Source: an uncultured Planctomycetaceae bacterium (GTDB lineage Bacteria > Planctomycetota > UBA1135 > GCA-002686595). From it: a stretch of DNA of 45,857 bases. Below, in pieces: positions 1-9,106 of this stretch. The stretch's first letter is position 1. Every line of letters begins with the position of its first letter. The stretch is taken from the NCBI GenBank assembly GCA_964351535.1, contig CAYGPA010000001.1, positions 21,454 through 67,310 of the forward strand, read 5' to 3'. The notes beneath the pieces were generated by a model. It made no database searches and was not told where the DNA came from. It worked only from the letters and a program-made list of their open reading frames with translations. The position numbers and the translations under genes were made by a program.

Positions 1-1
1 A

Positions 2-1540
2 GCCCCGCTGTCCACAGCCTGGGCGGCCGCCCAGGGCACGCGGTCGCCGTGCGTCGCGGGTCCCTTCCACCGCCTGACGACCGCCTGGGACGGCGGCGAG
101 ACCGTGTCGTGCAGCCTGGGGGGCCAGCCCGCCGACAACTGCGGCTGCCGACTCCCCGGCTCCGCGTGCGCGTGCCCGAAGGGCCACAGCCACCCCACGC
201 TCGACGACCCGGGACGTCGCTGCGCGTTCGACAGCGCGGCCGTGAACTTCGTGGACCCGGCGCTGCTCGCGGGCTTCGAGACGATCCGGCAGATCTACGT
301 CCTCGATCGCGACCCGAACCGCGATGGCTGCCTCGACGTGAACCCGGGCCGCGTACTCGTCAGCGCCCACCCGACCACGGGCCAGCCCGGCAACGCGAAC
401 AGCGAGTTCGCGTGCATCTCCGGCAACGGCAACCACGTCGCGTTCACCAGCATGGCGACGAACCTCCTGAGCGTCGCCGACGGCAACCCGAGCTCCGACG
501 TGTTCGTGCGCAACCTGCTGAACGGTGACCTGCAGCGCGTCAGCATCCCCGACGTCGCGTCCTTCGGGGTGCTGCAGACCCCCGTGGGCTCCAGCCAGTC
601 CTGCTGGACCGACCGCCGGGGACGCCGCGTGGTGTTCCATTCGACGGCGCGCCTCGACCCGCGCGACTCCATCGCGCCCGCCATCGAGGACGTCTACCTG
701 CACGACCGCGACCTGGACGGCGACGGGATCCTCGACGAGCAGCTCCAGGTCACTCCTCCCGGCGTCGCGACGACGTTGATCAGCGTGCGCTTCGACGGGC
801 TCGGACCGGGCAATGCGAGCAGCCGCCAGCCGTACATCTCGAGCAACGGTCGCTACATCGCCTTCGAGAGCGACGCCACGAACCTCGTCGACGCCGACAA
901 CGACGGACAGCCGGACGGGGACATGAACGGGGCCTCGGACGTCTTCCTCTTCGATCGACTCGTCGGACGCTCGGAACGCGTCAGCCTGCGCAGCGGGACG
1001 GCCGTCGAGGGCGACGGTCCCAGCTCCGAGGCTTCGGTGTGTGAGTTCGGTCGCTCGATCGTCTTCCGCAGCTCGGCTTCGAACCTGATTCCCGGCCCCG
1101 CGCTGCCGGCGGGTCAGATCTACCTGCGTCGCCGCGACACGAGCACCACGCTGCTGATCAGCGTCGCGCCCGACGGCTCCCCCGCCGCGAGCGGCTGCCG
1201 CAACCCGCGCATCTCGCAGGACGGACGCTTCGTGGCGTTCACGACGGCGGCCGCGAACCTGCTGCCCGGCGGGGACACGAACGGCCGGCTCGACCTCTAC
1301 GTGTACGACCGCGACCAGGACAGGAACGGCGTGCTCGACGACAGCGGCCAGCCCGTGCTCGTGCGCCTGTCGGTCGGGCACCGCGGTCAGCAGGGCAACG
1401 GGATCGCGGGCGGCAACACGGACTTCTCGGCCGACGGCGGCTGGATCCCGTTCATGAGCGAGGCCGACAACCTGCTCCCGGCGAGCCTCGACGCCAACTG
1501 CGAGCGCGACGTCTACCTGACGCGCAACCCGCTGTTCTGA
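2..1540 (+). CDS. PD40/TolB-like beta-propeller repeat protein, probably 5'-partial (frame open to window edge)
   Basis: Four copies of the PD40-type motif: 'ISGNGNHVAFTSMATNLL', 'ISSNGRYIAFESDATNLV', 'ISQDGRFVAFTTAAANLL', 'FSADGGWIPFMSEADNLL'. Third-position GC is high. The first in-window start is GTG at 104, but the same frame is open and coding-like from nt 2, so the gene probably begins upstream of the window. Confidence 0.75.
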   Translation, partial: APLSTAWAAAQGTRSPCVAGPFHRLTTAWDGGETVSCSLGGQPADNCGCRLPGSACACPKGHSHPTLDDPGRRCAFDSAAVNFVDPALLAGFETIRQIYVLDRDPNRDGCLDVNPGRVLVSAHPTTGQPGNANSEFACISGNGNHVAFTSMATNLLSVADGNPSSDVFVRNLLNGDLQRVSIPDVASFGVLQTPVGSSQSCWTDRRGRRVVFHSTARLDPRDSIAPAIEDVYLHDRDLDGDGILDEQLQVTPPGVATTLISVRFDGLGPGNASSRQPYISSNGRYIAFESDATNLVDADNDGQPDGDMNGASDVFLFDRLVGRSERVSLRSGTAVEGDGPSSEASVCEFGRSIVFRSSASNLIPGPALPAGQIYLRRRDTSTTLLISVAPDGSPAASGCRNPRISQDGRFVAFTTAAANLLPGGDTNGRLDLYVYDRDQDRNGVLDDSGQPVLVRLSVGHRGQQGNGIAGGNTDFSADGGWIPFMSEADNLLPASLDANCERDVYLTRNPLF

Positions 1541-1642
1541 GCCGGCCCGCACCGGGGCTCGGGGCGCGCGAGCCCGGGTCAGCCGTTTCGATCCACGCGT
1601 CCTGAATCATCGGGCCCAGGCCCCCGCTGCGTAACCTGGCTC

Positions 1643-1685
1643 CAGGTCCGGGATAGGCCAGGTCCGGGATAGGCCGGGACTAGGA
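1643..1685. repeat. Tandem direct repeat: 16-nt unit 'ccaggtccgggatagg' x2 plus a degenerate third copy 'ccgggactagg'
   Basis: Read directly from the sequence at 1643-1658, 1659-1674 and 1675-1685. It lies about 85 nt upstream of the ATG at 1771. It could be a regulator binding site, but the function is unknown. Confidence 0.7.
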
Positions 1686-1770
1686 AGGGACGGCCCGGGT
1701 GCGCCTCGCGGGCCGTGGTTGCGGTGCGGACTCGCACCGGGTCCCTTCCCCACTGCCCGGGAGCCTCGCC

Positions 1771-4401
1771 ATGCTGCAACGCCGGACCTGCGCCCTCCTC
1801 GTCGTCCTCGCCCTCTGCGGAACTCGAGGCTCCCGCGCCCAGTGCTCGGGCTGGGAGCGAGGCTTCGGGCTCCCCGGCTTCGCGGGCTCGCTGCAGACGC
1901 TCGGAGTCCACGACGACGGCACGGGCCCCGCGTTCTACGCGGGCGGAGGCTTCAGCTTCGCCGGAGGCGAGCCCGCCCAGAGCATCGCGCGCTGGAACGG
2001 GACGAGCTGGGAGGCCCTCGGCGCCGGGCTCGAGGGGTCGGTCGGCTGGCCTGCGCGCGCGCTGGCCACGTTCGACGAGGGCGCCGGCCCGCGGCTCTTC
2101 GTCGGGGGTACGTTCGACACGGCCGGAGGCGCGCCCGCGAATCGGATCGCGCGCTGGGACGGCACGCAGTGGTCCACGCTCGGCAGCGGCACGAACGGCT
2201 TCGTACGGGCGCTCGAGGTTCACGACGACGGCACCGGACCCGCGCTGTACGTCGCGGGTGACTTCACGCAGGCCGGCGGCCTGACCGTGGACGCCATCGC
2301 ACGCTGGGACGGCGTCTCGTGGTCCGCGGTCGGCGCTCCGCCGGCGTTCTTCCGGATCTCCGACCTGGCGGTGTTCGACGACGGCAACGGTCCGGCGCTC
2401 TTCGCCGCCGCCTGGCTCTTCGGCAGCGGGGGCCACGGCGTGTACCGCTGGGACGGCGCCGGCTGGTCCCTGGTCGGACCCGCCTTCGACAACCTCGTCG
2501 ACGCGCTCGAGGTCTTCGACGACGGCACCGGACCCGACCTCTTCGCCGGCGGGACGTTCACGAACGTCGGGCCGCACATCGCGCGCTGGGACGGCGTCGC
2601 GTGGTCGTCGGTCGCGGGCGGGACCGACCTCAAGGTCACCGCGCTCGGAGTGCACGACGAGGGCTCGGGTCCCGCGCTCTACGCAGGGGGCTCGTTCACC
2701 TTCGCAGGCGCCGTGCCCGCCCAGGGCGTCGCCCGCTGGGACGGGGCCTCCTGGTCCGCGCTCGGCGCCGGCGTCCGCGCGACCGGCGGACCGCCGGTGC
2801 TGGCGTTCGGCTCCCTGCCGACGCCCGGCGGCTCCGCGCTCGTCGCGGGCGGCAACCTCGACTTCGCGGGCGCACTCGTGGTGTCCTCCGTCGCGGCCTG
2901 GAGCCAGGGGCAGTGGAGTCCGCTCCCGAAGGGCAACGGGTTCCTGGCTCCCTCCGGCGTCAACCTCACCGTGTCGGCCTTGACCACGGTCGACGGGAGC
3001 AGCGGGCCGGTGCTGTACGCCGGCGGCAACTTCGAGGCGGCCGGAACGACGCCGGCCCTGCGCGTCGCGCGCCTCGACGGCGCGTGCTGGTCCGCGCTGG
3101 GCTCGGGCATCGGCACGCCCGCCAGCGGCAGCATCGTGCACGCCCTGGCCGGACACGACGACGGGAACGGCCCCGTGCTGTACGCCGGCGGCAACGTCGG
3201 CCTCGCCGGCGGTACCCCCGCGAGCCACGTCGCGCGCTGGGACGGTGCGTCCTGGTCGCCGCTCGGCGCGGGAGTGGACGACGCCGTGCGGGCGCTCGCT
3301 CTGTTCGACTCCGGCAGCGGCGTGGAGCTCTTCGCCGCGGGCAAGTTCGCGACGGCCGGCGGGGCCTCCTCGCCGAACGTCGCGCGGTGGGACGGGACCC
3401 AGTGGTCGGGCCCCGGCATTCCCGGGAACGAGGGCCTCGTGTTCGCGGTGCACGACGACGGTACGGGTCCCGCGCTGTACGTGGCCGGGGCGTTCTCCCA
3501 GGCCCAGGTCCACCGATGGACCGGCGCCGGCTGGGCAGCCCTCCCCGTCGTCCCGTTCGGGCTCGTGGAGTCGCTCGCGAGCTTCGACGACGGCAGCGGG
3601 CCCGCGCTGTACGTCGGAGCGACCGCGGTCCCCAACCAGCACAGCCTGTTCCGCTTCCGCGGGGGCGTCTGGGCCACCGTGACCTCGGGGATCAACGACC
3701 AGATCCGCACCCTGCACGTGTTCGACGACGGCGCGGGCCCCGCACTCTTCGCGGGCGGCGACTTCACGTTCCTCGGCGGCGTGCTCGCCGACCACGTCGC
3801 GCGCTACGACGGCTCCGGCTGGTCCGCCGTCGACGGTGGAACGAATGCGCGCGTGTTCTCGCTGGGCTCCCGCGTCGCCGGCGGCCGGCGCACGCTGTTC
3901 GCGGGCGGGTACTTCGACCTGGCGGGCGCAGAGCTCTCGCGCGGAATCGCGGCCTGGTCCGACCCCTGCGCCAACCGACCGTCCTCGTACTGCTCGGGCA
4001 AGCCGAACTCTGCCGGCTGCGTTCCGTTCGTCTCGTACACCGGAACACCGAGCGCCAGCAGTCCCGCCGCCTTCCGCATCGCGGCCAACGACGTCGTGCC
4101 GTCCGAGGCGGGCCTGCTGATCTACGCGCAGCGCAAGGCGAACCTCGACTTCCACGGCGGCAAGCTGTGCGTCAAGGTGCCGTTCGTGCGCACACGATCG
4201 AAGGCGCCGGTCCAGACCGGCGGCGCGTGCTCGGGATGGACGCTGCACCGCGACTTCAACGCCGTGGTGCAGGCGGGCAGCGACCCGTCCCTGACCGTCG
4301 GCGCCACGGTCTTCGCCCAGTGGCGCCAGCGCGATCCCGGCGACCCGGCGGGGTTCGGCGACGGGCTGACCGACGCCCTGCGCTTCACCGTGGGGCCGTG
4401 A
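1771..4401 (+). CDS. Secreted multi-blade beta-propeller repeat protein (13-14 repeats of about 55 aa) with a Cys-containing C-terminal domain
   Basis: The signal peptide 'MLQRRTCALLVVLALCGTRGSRAQC' starts at ATG 1771, an internal Met of track ORF 1699..4401. There are 13-14 repeats of the type 'V.AL.VFDDG.GPALYAGG.F..AGG..A..IARWDG..WSALG.G'. The C-terminal region of about 140 aa reads 'CSGKPNSAGCVPFVSYTG...LTDALRFTVGP'. Confidence 0.85.
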   Translation: MLQRRTCALLVVLALCGTRGSRAQCSGWERGFGLPGFAGSLQTLGVHDDGTGPAFYAGGGFSFAGGEPAQSIARWNGTSWEALGAGLEGSVGWPARALATFDEGAGPRLFVGGTFDTAGGAPANRIARWDGTQWSTLGSGTNGFVRALEVHDDGTGPALYVAGDFTQAGGLTVDAIARWDGVSWSAVGAPPAFFRISDLAVFDDGNGPALFAAAWLFGSGGHGVYRWDGAGWSLVGPAFDNLVDALEVFDDGTGPDLFAGGTFTNVGPHIARWDGVAWSSVAGGTDLKVTALGVHDEGSGPALYAGGSFTFAGAVPAQGVARWDGASWSALGAGVRATGGPPVLAFGSLPTPGGSALVAGGNLDFAGALVVSSVAAWSQGQWSPLPKGNGFLAPSGVNLTVSALTTVDGSSGPVLYAGGNFEAAGTTPALRVARLDGACWSALGSGIGTPASGSIVHALAGHDDGNGPVLYAGGNVGLAGGTPASHVARWDGASWSPLGAGVDDAVRALALFDSGSGVELFAAGKFATAGGASSPNVARWDGTQWSGPGIPGNEGLVFAVHDDGTGPALYVAGAFSQAQVHRWTGAGWAALPVVPFGLVESLASFDDGSGPALYVGATAVPNQHSLFRFRGGVWATVTSGINDQIRTLHVFDDGAGPALFAGGDFTFLGGVLADHVARYDGSGWSAVDGGTNARVFSLGSRVAGGRRTLFAGGYFDLAGAELSRGIAAWSDPCANRPSSYCSGKPNSAGCVPFVSYTGTPSASSPAAFRIAANDVVPSEAGLLIYAQRKANLDFHGGKLCVKVPFVRTRSKAPVQTGGACSGWTLHRDFNAVVQAGSDPSLTVGATVFAQWRQRDPGDPAGFGDGLTDALRFTVGP

Positions 4402-4635
4402 AGCCGGGCAGCGGGACCCCCGGCCGCGTTGCGGCGAGGTGCGATGGTGCTACGAATGCGTGACATCGACGCCTGCCGGACCAGGCCCGGCAGGTGCGCC
4501 AGCTCTCCCGGGTTCGTTCGTAAGTGCTCTCTTGGAAGAAGCTTGCGACCACCCTACACGTAAGCTCGGCAGGCTGGCTCGACCGTTGCATGGCCCCTGT
4601 GGTCTCCTCTCCGCTCGGCTCCTGCGACCCTCGCC

Positions 4636-5688
4636 ATGAACACGCGCATCCTCCTGCACCGAACGGCCCTCGCGGCCTCGCTCGCCCTGCTGTTCGGCTC
4701 GACGAACGCCTGTTCGACGGGCTCCGACGCGACGGACCGCGGACGCGGCTCGCAGGCCGCTCCCGCGCGGCCCGCGGTCCCGCCGCCGATCGCGGAGCTC
4801 GAGGTCAGCGCCTACGAGACGGCCCTGAAGGTCTCGCTGCCCGAGACGCAGCCCGAGGAGATCCCCGGCCTGCACAACGTCTATCGCCTCGGCGACAGCA
4901 TCGTGTCCGGCGCCGAGCAGCACGACGAGAACGCGTTCCGGCGCCTCCAGGACATGGGCGTGCGCACGATCCTCTCGGTCGACGGCAAGGTTCCCGACGA
5001 GGAGCTCGCGGCAAAGTACGGCATGAAGTACGTGCACGTCCCGATCCAGTACCGCGGGATCACCGAGGACGAGCTCACGAAGATCGCCAAGACCTTCCGC
5101 GAGCAGCCGGGACCGTTCTACGTCCACTGCTTCCACGGCCAGCACCGCGGCCCGGCCGCGGCCGAGGTCGGACGCCTCGTCCTCGACGGCATCCCGCGCG
5201 AGCTCGCCATCGCCGAGATGCGTCAGTGGTGCGGCACCTCCGGCAGCTACGAGGGCCTCTACCAGACCATCGCCGCGGGCGACATTCCCGACGCCGAGCG
5301 GACCCAAGCGCTCGACTGGGACTTCCCCGCCGCGCAGACCTTCGAGGGCTTCCGCTCCGCGATGGTCGAGCTCTCGCGCGCCGACGACAACCTGAAGTAC
5401 CTCTCGAAGCGCCAGTGGCTCGCGGGCGCCGAGCACCCCGACGCCGACCCGCTCAACGAGGCGGCCAAGCTCGCGACCGTCTTCAGAGCCACGGCCGCGA
5501 TCGACACGGTCCTCGACCGGCCCGCGGACTTCCTCCAGTGGATGGAGCAGTCGGTCGGCGCCGCCGACGAGCTGTGCGACACGATCCGCGCCTGGAAGAC
5601 GGGCGAGGTCGAGCTCGAGGCCGTCGACGCCGCCTACGGCCGCGTGCGCGGGCTGTGCACGTCCTGCCACTCGGACTACCGCAATTGA
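4636..5688 (+). CDS. Exported fusion protein: PTP/DSP-like phosphatase domain (CX5R P-loop) plus C-terminal cytochrome c'-like haem-binding domain
   Basis: N-terminal signal 'MNTRILLHRTALAASLALLFGSTNAC'. P-loop 'HCFHGQHRG' matches HCX5R. The C-terminus is a helical region of about 130 aa ending in 'CTSCHSDYRN', a CxxCH motif placed at the extreme C-terminus as in class II cytochromes c (cytochrome c'). Confidence 0.8.
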   Translation: MNTRILLHRTALAASLALLFGSTNACSTGSDATDRGRGSQAAPARPAVPPPIAELEVSAYETALKVSLPETQPEEIPGLHNVYRLGDSIVSGAEQHDENAFRRLQDMGVRTILSVDGKVPDEELAAKYGMKYVHVPIQYRGITEDELTKIAKTFREQPGPFYVHCFHGQHRGPAAAEVGRLVLDGIPRELAIAEMRQWCGTSGSYEGLYQTIAAGDIPDAERTQALDWDFPAAQTFEGFRSAMVELSRADDNLKYLSKRQWLAGAEHPDADPLNEAAKLATVFRATAAIDTVLDRPADFLQWMEQSVGAADELCDTIRAWKTGEVELEAVDAAYGRVRGLCTSCHSDYRN

Positions 5689-5760
5689 ACCCTCCGGTGA
5701 GAGCCGCAGGCCAGCTCCCCCGCGGAGGCACGTACCGCGCGCTGCGCGCGTCGTGACCGC

Positions 5761-6144
5761 GTGATCGAGGTCGACGAGCAAGCGGTCTGGGCGGCCCTGG
5801 GAGAGGACGGATGCGCCGCGCTGGTGCGCGACTTCTATGCAGGCGTCCCGGACGACCCGGTGCTCGGCCCGATGTACCCCGAGGGCGACTTCGGGGGCGC
5901 CGAGGAGCGCCTGCGCGACTTCCTCGCGTTCCGCCTCGGCGGCGTGCAGCGCTACGCGCAGACGCGCGGCCACCCGCGATTGCGCAGGCGGCATGCGCCG
6001 TTCGCGATCGATGACGCAGCGCGCGCGACCTGGCTGCGGCACATGAACGCCGCGCTGGACGCGCGCGAACTTCCGGCCGGCCCCCGCGAGTCGCTGCGCG
6101 CGTTCTTCGCGCAGGTCGCCGAGTTCCTCGTCAACCGGGTCTGA
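5761..6144 (+). CDS. Group II truncated haemoglobin (trHbO/YjbI-like globin)
   Basis: GTG start. 'FYAGVPDDPVLGPMYPEGDF...RLRDFLAFRLGGVQRYAQTRGHPRLRRRHAPFAIDDAARATWLRHMNAAL' matches the trHbO pattern (hP.LR.RH.PF.I....WL..M). Confidence 0.85.
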   Translation: MIEVDEQAVWAALGEDGCAALVRDFYAGVPDDPVLGPMYPEGDFGGAEERLRDFLAFRLGGVQRYAQTRGHPRLRRRHAPFAIDDAARATWLRHMNAALDARELPAGPRESLRAFFAQVAEFLVNRV

Positions 6145-6150
6145 GCCCCG

Positions 6151-8961
6151 CTACCTGGGTCCGGACCCCGCCCCCGGCGCATCGACGCCGGCGCGCGCGC
6201 GCTGCGACTTCGCCTCGTACTCGGCGTCGAGCTCGGCGCGCAGCTCGGGCCGCTGCAGCGCGTCGTAGGTCCGGCGCAGGAAGAGCACGGGGCCGAGCCA
6301 CATCTCGGGGTTCTCGGGATAGAACTCCTGGACTTCGGCGTAGCAGCCCTCGAGCGTGTCTCGCGCTTCCTCGTAGCGCCCGGTCTCGAGCTCGATCCGG
6401 CCCTGGAGCATGGCGAAGAACACGAAGTCCTGGGCGCCGGGCGCCAGCGAGTCGCGCGCGAGCGCGAGCGCCTCCGCGACGCACTCCTCGGCCTCGTCGT
6501 AACGCGCCAGTCCGATCAGCGGCATGGCGAGGGCCTTGCGCAGCTCGAGCCCGATCACCGGCGGAACCCGCGGGGAGTCCTCGAATTCCTCGAGGCCGGC
6601 GCGCGCGAGCTCCTCGGCGCGCACGGAGTCTCCGAGCGCGAAGAGCGCCTTGGCGCGTATGCCCTGGGCCAGGATGCGCCAGCGCGCGTACGAGCCGACG
6701 GGAGCCAGCTCGAGCACGCGCGCCGCGGTCGCGTCACCGTCCGCGAAACGCTGCTGCGCGAGCTGGATCTCCGCGAGCTGGAGCAGCATGCCCAGACCCA
6801 GCTTGCCACCCTCGCCGTAGCGCCTTCCGTACACCTCCAGCGCGTGCTCCAGCCGCTCGGCGGCCTCGACCGAGCGGCCCACGAAGCTCTGGAGGCGCGC
6901 GATGTGCACCGCGAGGCCGAGCTCCGAGAAGCTGTCGGCGCCGAACGTCGCGGCGTAGCGTTCCGGCAGCATGAGCAGCTCCGCGAGCGCGCCGTGGATG
7001 TCGCCGCCGTACTCCAGCGCGAACGCGTGCTGCAGCTCGAGGTGCAGCACCGCGGGATGCCCCTCCGGCACGCGCGGGCGGAGCTCGGCCAGGAGCTCTT
7101 CGACGAGCTCCAGCGAGCGCGCGGGCTGGGAGTCGGACGTGTACAGATCGACGAGGAGCTCGCCGCACCTGCGGCTGAGGTCGTCGGCGGGGCCCAGCTC
7201 GGCGAGGCTCTCGGCCCGCAGCGCCTCCAGCTCGCGGACCCGCTCGCCAATGTTCGCCTGCGACGCGCGCACCCGCGCCAGGCGCAGCTCGAGGGACGCG
7301 CGCGCGCTGTCGGCGACGTGCTGCTCCAGGAGTTCCTCGGCTTCCCCGAAGCACTCGTCCGCCGCGGCGAAGTCCTCAGCCTCGGCGCGCAGCTCGCCGA
7401 GCTGGCGCAGGAGCGTCACGCGCCGCGCCCAGTCGGGCGACGCGCTCGCGCGCTCGAGCTCCAGCGCGCGCGCGAGCTGCTCCTCCGCGAGCGCGACCTC
7501 CCCCAGCGGCTCCAGGCTCGCTCCGAGGACGGCGCGCAGCTCCGCCTCGACCGCCGGCTGTTCCGCGAAGCGCGTCTCGAGGTCGAACGTCGACGCGCGC
7601 AGGACCTCGAGCAGCGGCACGTTCTCGCCCAGGCGGTCGGCGTCCACGAGCCGCGGCATGTCCAGCAGGAACGCGGTGACGGCCTCGGCCGTCGCGCGCT
7701 CGCGCTGCTCGCTCTCGAGGCGCCGGTTCGCGAGCTGCTCGGCCGCGCGGGCGCGCTCGAGCCCCGTCGCGAGGCCGATCACCCCCACCACGAGCGAGGC
7801 CGCCACGATCGCCGCCGCCGTCACCGACAGCCGGTGGCGCCGCACGAAGCGCGCCAGGCGGTAGCGCGTCGTCGGCGGCCCGGCGACGACCGCCTCGTGA
7901 CGGCGGAACCGGCCGAGGTCGGCCGCGAGCTCCGCGGCGCTCGGGTAGCGCCGCTCGGGGTCGCGCTCGAGCGCGCGCTGGACGATCCAATCCAGGTCCG
8001 GAGCCAGGTCCGGGCGCACCGCCCGCAGCCGCACGGGCGCGCCCTCGGCGACGAGCTTCGCCGCCTGCAGGAACGGCAGGCCGACGAGCTCGAACGGGCG
8101 GCGACCGCACAGCAGCTCCTGCAGCACGACGCCGAGCGAGTAGACGTCGCTGCGGATGTCGACCGACTCGACCCGTCCCTCCCAGCCCTCGGGCGAGAGG
8201 TACGACAGCGTCCCGACGACCTCGCCGGGTCGCGTGCGGCTCGTGCGCTCGACCGCGTCCGGTCCGTGCGAACGCGCGATGCCGAAGTCGATGACCTTGA
8301 CGGCCCCGCCGCGGTCGACGAGCAGGTTCGAGGGCTTCAGGTCGCGGTGGATCACGCCCTGGCGGTGCCCGTAGGCGACGGCCTCGCAGATGCGCTCCAC
8401 GGCGGCGACGATCTGCGGCACGGTGAGCTGCTCCTCGCGCGCCCAGTCGAGCACGGTGCGCGCGTCCTCGACGAGCTCCATCGCGATGAACGGCACGCCG
8501 TCAACGTTCCCGGCCTCGAACACCTGGGCGATCCCCGGGTGCCGCAGGCGACCGAGGACCTCCGCTTCGTAGCGGAAGCGGCTCAGCCCCTCCTCGCCGC
8601 GAAAGCGGCCGCCGAGGACCTTGAGCGCGACGCTGCGGCGCGGGTTTTCCTGCGTCGCCTCGTACACCTCCCCCATCCCGCCGGCGCCCAGCAGGCGTTC
8701 GACGCGGTAGGCCCCGAGCGTCGCCCCCGGCTCGAGCCGCTCCGGCGGACCGAGGCCGAGGTGGCGCAGCGCCGCGTCGCGCACGCCCTCGAAGGCATCG
8801 AGAGCGTCCGTGGAGTCCTGCTGGAGCAGGCGCTCGACGTCGATGCGCAGAACCCGGTCGCCGCCCGCCAGCCGCTCGAGCGCGGCCGCGCGCTCGGCGG
8901 AGGGGACGTCCAGCAGCTCGTCGAGCGTCGCCTTGACGCGATTCCAGTGCGCGGAGTCCAT
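6151..8961 (-). CDS. Serine/threonine protein kinase with one TM helix and a long C-terminal TPR-like region
   Basis: Hanks kinase motifs 'GAGGMGEVYEA', 'HRDLKPSNLLV', 'DFGIAR', 'YLSPE'. TM segment 'LSVTAAAIVAASLVVGVIGLATGL'. The C-terminal half is helical and repeat-like. The start is taken at the internal ATG at 8961 ('MDSAHWNRVKATLDELL'), not the track start at 9066. Confidence 0.9.
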   Translation of the reverse strand: MDSAHWNRVKATLDELLDVPSAERAAALERLAGGDRVLRIDVERLLQQDSTDALDAFEGVRDAALRHLGLGPPERLEPGATLGAYRVERLLGAGGMGEVYEATQENPRRSVALKVLGGRFRGEEGLSRFRYEAEVLGRLRHPGIAQVFEAGNVDGVPFIAMELVEDARTVLDWAREEQLTVPQIVAAVERICEAVAYGHRQGVIHRDLKPSNLLVDRGGAVKVIDFGIARSHGPDAVERTSRTRPGEVVGTLSYLSPEGWEGRVESVDIRSDVYSLGVVLQELLCGRRPFELVGLPFLQAAKLVAEGAPVRLRAVRPDLAPDLDWIVQRALERDPERRYPSAAELAADLGRFRRHEAVVAGPPTTRYRLARFVRRHRLSVTAAAIVAASLVVGVIGLATGLERARAAEQLANRRLESEQRERATAEAVTAFLLDMPRLVDADRLGENVPLLEVLRASTFDLETRFAEQPAVEAELRAVLGASLEPLGEVALAEEQLARALELERASASPDWARRVTLLRQLGELRAEAEDFAAADECFGEAEELLEQHVADSARASLELRLARVRASQANIGERVRELEALRAESLAELGPADDLSRRCGELLVDLYTSDSQPARSLELVEELLAELRPRVPEGHPAVLHLELQHAFALEYGGDIHGALAELLMLPERYAATFGADSFSELGLAVHIARLQSFVGRSVEAAERLEHALEVYGRRYGEGGKLGLGMLLQLAEIQLAQQRFADGDATAARVLELAPVGSYARWRILAQGIRAKALFALGDSVRAEELARAGLEEFEDSPRVPPVIGLELRKALAMPLIGLARYDEAEECVAEALALARDSLAPGAQDFVFFAMLQGRIELETGRYEEARDTLEGCYAEVQEFYPENPEMWLGPVLFLRRTYDALQRPELRAELDAEYEAKSQRARAGVDAPGAGSGPR

Positions 8962-9106
8962 GCCACCCTCGGTACCGACGGAAAGGAGCCGCCGGGCCCG
9001 CCAAGGATATCCGCTGGACGCCCTCCGCTCCCCCGGTACCGGCCCGCGAGAGTCGAGAGCTCGCACATCCCTGCTACTCTCACCCCATCAGGCCGCCCCC
9101 TTCGCC

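Noticed and set aside
1643-1685. A CRISPR array or mobile-element terminal repeats, considered for this repeat and for 12136-12175
   Set aside because: - The repeats are directly tandem with no spacers, only 2-3 copies, and 16-20 nt long.
- There are no cas, transposase or integrase genes and no flanking inverted repeats.
4478-4500. The hairpin CCTGCCGG-accaggc-CCGGCAGG after the propeller gene as a terminator, and TTGGAA / TACACG (about 4540-4570) as a sigma70 promoter for the phosphatase-cytochrome gene
   Set aside because: - The stem is short and has no T-tract.
- The promoter hexamers match the consensus poorly, and the sigma-factor preferences of this organism are unknown.
- The support is too weak to annotate either.
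8960-9106. ATG 8960 as the CRTAC1 start. It would overlap the divergent kinase start codon by 2 nt.
   Set aside because: - It would leave no promoter space for either gene.
- The 49 extra codons have lower third-position GC and no signal-peptide character.
- GTG 9107 is preferred, but the start remains uncertain.
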